DNA of 64,000 nt from Macrostomum lignano (Eukaryota). Made by a program: the position numbers and the translations under genes. How positions within the stretch are numbered: the stretch's first letter is position 1; each line of letters opens with the position of its first letter. The notes under the pieces are model-generated. The model searched no databases. It was given only the letters and a program-made list of their open reading frames with translations, and was not told the DNA's origin. Positions 60,858-64,000 of this stretch are shown here, piece after piece. The stretch spans positions 1 to 64,000 of the forward strand of contig NIVC01001705.1 in the NCBI GenBank assembly GCA_002269645.1, in the 5' to 3' direction.

Positions 60858-61779
60858 GTTCTGTTAGGTTTCAGGAGATTTCCTTCAATCATGCAATTGT
60901 TTGATTCAATATTAAGGTTCAAATTATTAGGTTTGGTCTCTTCCTACTATCATTGCTGCAGCAGACGGTCTTCAAAGAACATTTTCTATCTTTCCCAATA
61001 TTTATACGAATTCTCGGGCGCATGGCATTGAATATTCAGAATAAATCCCATGGGATCTAGCGGCTGGTTGATCAGACATCCCATTGTTCGAGTTACTCGG
61101 TTCAGGCCTTCTGGGTGGAACTCCCAATTCAAATGTTTATTTAATCAGGGGGACATTGCCACAGGGGACTCGCATCTCGTTTTCTCTGGGTCATCGACGG
61201 GAGAAGGAGTACTTTCTACTCTGAGTACCACCTACTCTACTCTGAGTAGAAGCATTCGGAAATCTGAGCCCGGAGTGTAAAAATTGCAATGAGCAATCAT
61301 TGGTAAGTCTGTCAATTTTAACAAAATTTTGCATTACCTGTCGTCTCTAAGTAAGTCCGATGCTTCAACTTCAACAGCCTTGATTTCAAAGAGGACATTT
61401 CTGCTCTGAAAATCCCTAACGAGGAAATAGGCCCTTCTAAAAAGTGATTTCTGTTCGTTCCACTTCCTGCTTTTCAATGCATAAGAAGTGTTTTTTCAAC
61501 TTTTAGCCTCGGTGGATCTGGGTTGCGTGCACTCAGCGCTTTTATTCAAATTCTGTTCTCAGTTCCATGCCTTTGCAGACATTTCTATCTGCATTTCAAT
61601 GGTTTGGTCACGCTATTGAGGCTGCGGGATCTTGGATGCTTGAGCAATGGATTAATAATGGCTTTGACCGTTTGGTCTTCTGTAATCAAATGTTTATTTT
61701 CTAGGTTGTACTTTTATAAGTGTAATCCATTTTGTAGTTGAAAGATTTATTAATATGTAATCTAATGATCTTGTAGTCT

Positions 61780-64000
61780 AATGATTCTGTAATCTAGTGA
61801 TCCTGTAATCTAGTGATCCTGTAATCTAGTGATCCTGTAATCTAGTGATCCTGCATTCTTATGATCCTGTAATCTAGTGATCCTGTAATCTAGTGATACT
61901 GTAATCTAGTGATCCTGTAATCTAGTGATTTTGCGATCTTGTGATCCTGTAATCTAGTGATCCAGTAATCTAATGATCCTGTAATCTAATGATCCTGTAA
62001 TCTAATGATCCTGTAATCTAGTGATCCTGTAATCTAGTGATTTTGCGATCTTGTGATCCTGTAATCTAGTGATCCAGTAATCTAATGATCCTGTAATCTA
62101 ATGATCCTGTAATCTAATGATCCTGTAATCTAGTGATCCTGTAATCTAGTGACTCTGTAATATAATGATTCTGTAATTTGCGATAGTCGAGAAGATTGAA
62201 CGGGCGGTACTGGGTGACGGTTACGCCCTGGCTCTTTTTCTCGACATTGTTGGCGCCTTCGACAACGTTATCTTTGAAGCGTTTCAGAGGGCCCTTCAAA
62301 ATCACAAAGCTCACGCTACTCTCATACGGTGGATCAAGTACATGATCTCTAAACGTACGGTAACTGCCTAACTTCTTGGGCAAACTGCCTCCACCAGAGT
62401 CTGTAAGGGTGGACCCCAAGGCGGAGTCCTCACCCCGACGCTCTGGAACCTGGTCATGAACGCTCTTCTGGGCGACTCCCGACCTGATCCCGTCTTCAAA
62501 GTCGGGTATGCTGACGACGTCACTGCCATTGTGGCTGGGCCGTCCCCCAGCACGCTCAGAGATCTGATGCAGAGCTTTATCCGCAAAGCAGAATCCTGGG
62601 CCGATGACAACGGTCTGGAACTCTCTGAGCCCAAAACTGTTGCCATTATGTTCACCAGTAGAATTCGCTGAAACATACGACCTCTGCAGCTATACGGCAT
62701 AGATATTGCCTTCGCGCACCAGACCAGATGTCTCGGGGTCATACTTGACCACCGGCTCAACTGGTCCTTCTACGTGAAAGCAAAAGCCAAGCGTGCCTCA
62801 GCCATCCTGGCCCAGCTCCGACGAGCACTTGGCACTTCTTGGGGTCTATCCCCAAAGCGGCTTTGGCGGATCTACACTTCCGTAGTTAGACCTGCCATTA
62901 CGTACGCCTCTGTTGTCTGGGTTAGCGCTACCCAGGTCAAAAGCCATGCAGATTTGCTCAACACGATCCAGGGCAGAGCGTGTAGGCTTATCTGCAACGC
63001 CACCAGGTCCACGCCCTTTGCCGGCATGGGGGCCTTCCTTAATCTACCGCCTCTCGACCTCTTCGTCAGGGGTAAGGCGGCTAGAACGACGCGGCGTTTA
63101 CTTGATGCCGGTGTCAAATTCCTTTACATGAGGGCACCTGCTAAGCGGAACCTCGTCCCGCATAGCGACCTGTGCCTCAACTTTCTCAACGAGTGTCAGG
63201 CCAATCGCGTCTTCACCGATGCCATTGCCTCAACGCTCAACCTGAGACAACGCTACTCCGTAGCTATCGATTCGCGCGATGCCATCAATGACCACTGGAA
63301 CCCTGGTGAGCTTCACTGCTACACCGATGGTTCTAAGCAGTCAGCCAACACCGGTTTTGGTGTTGGAATCTTCCTGAACGGGAGGGTTATCGCAACCCAC
63401 GCTCAGTACACTGGGGTCAACTCCAGTGTCTTCCAAAATGAAGTTCTCGCCATCAGCTCCTGCACCGCAGAGCTCCTCGCCACTGGCGTTACCGGTAAGA
63501 ACATCATTTTCCATTCGGAAAGCCAAGCTGCCTTGCACGCCATCAGTGGCTGCAGCACCAATTCAGCTACAGTCCTCGACTTATCAAACTCCTCAACAGG
63601 TTGGGCTCCATCAACAAAATCACCCTCATGTGGGTTCCGGGGCATGTGGGGATCCGAGGGAATGAGCTGGCTGACGCCCTTGCGAAAGTTGGCGCCTCCG
63701 GCTCCTCTCTCGGTCCTGTTTAGTGAGTAATCTAATGATCCTGTAATCTAGTGACTCTGTAATATGATGGTCCTGTAATCTAGTGATCCTGTAATCTAGT
63801 GATCCTGTAATCTAGTGATCCTGTAATCTAGTGACTCTGTAATATGATGGTCCTGTAATCTAGTGATCCTGTAATCTAATGATCCTGTAATCTAGTGATC
63901 CGGTAATTTAATGATCCTTTAATCTAGTGATCCTGTAATCTAGTGATCCTGTAATCTAGTGATCCTGTAATCTAGTGACTCTGTAATATGATGGTCCTGT
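61780..64000. repeat. 16-bp minisatellite GATCCTGTAATCTAGT, interrupted by a LINE fragment (61780-62156 and 63727-64000)
   Basis: Direct reading. Confidence 0.93.
62157..63723 (+). pseudogene. Non-LTR retrotransposon fragment (Loa-like; RT + RNase H), defective
   Basis: FLDIVGAFDN, GPQGGVLTPTLWNLVM, YADD, LGVILDHRLNW, WGLSPK..W.IYTSVVRP.ITYASVVW, YTDGSK and WVPGHVGIRGNELAD. Stops at 62369 and 62669; frameshift near 63580. Confidence 0.9.

Noticed and set aside
60240-61740. Possible minus-strand exons (e.g. KSRKWNEQ...RDD|gt near 61340-61470)
   Set aside because: Frames close quickly and no family is recognisable; could belong to a gene extending beyond the window but cannot be supported.

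Overview
This is eukaryotic (animal) genomic DNA. GC-rich exons, introns packed with minisatellites and abundant SINEs/MITEs suggest a flatworm such as Macrostomum, but that is an inference and not shown by the sequence. Genes I could splice by hand (GT-AG sites, consistent phases): a minus-strand run of cyclin B, HDAC11, a C14orf119-like gene and a putative secreted CUB-like protein; then ARP6, an intronless UBE2D, a probable NDUFA4-like micro-gene, an SSUH2-like gene, a two-exon orphan gene and an RGS gene. Two initiator tRNA-Met genes sit antisense inside introns. Mobile DNA includes a dead Ty3/gypsy (Mag-like) element with LTRs and TSD, two RNase H-bearing non-LTR relics, Helitrons, Merlin, MULE-like and hAT MITEs, a foldback element and two SINE families. 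Most long ORFs in the supplied track are read-throughs of tandem repeats. The most unusual signal is a hAT-type MITE family (14-bp TIR, 8-bp TSD). Two copies carry the conserved 28S rRNA segment around the R2/I-PpoI target site; this block is almost identical between otherwise diverged copies and is altered at the cut site. The second signal is a CpG-void, C-to-T-eroded zone (about 19-28 kb) in which transposon Trp codons repeatedly became TAG.
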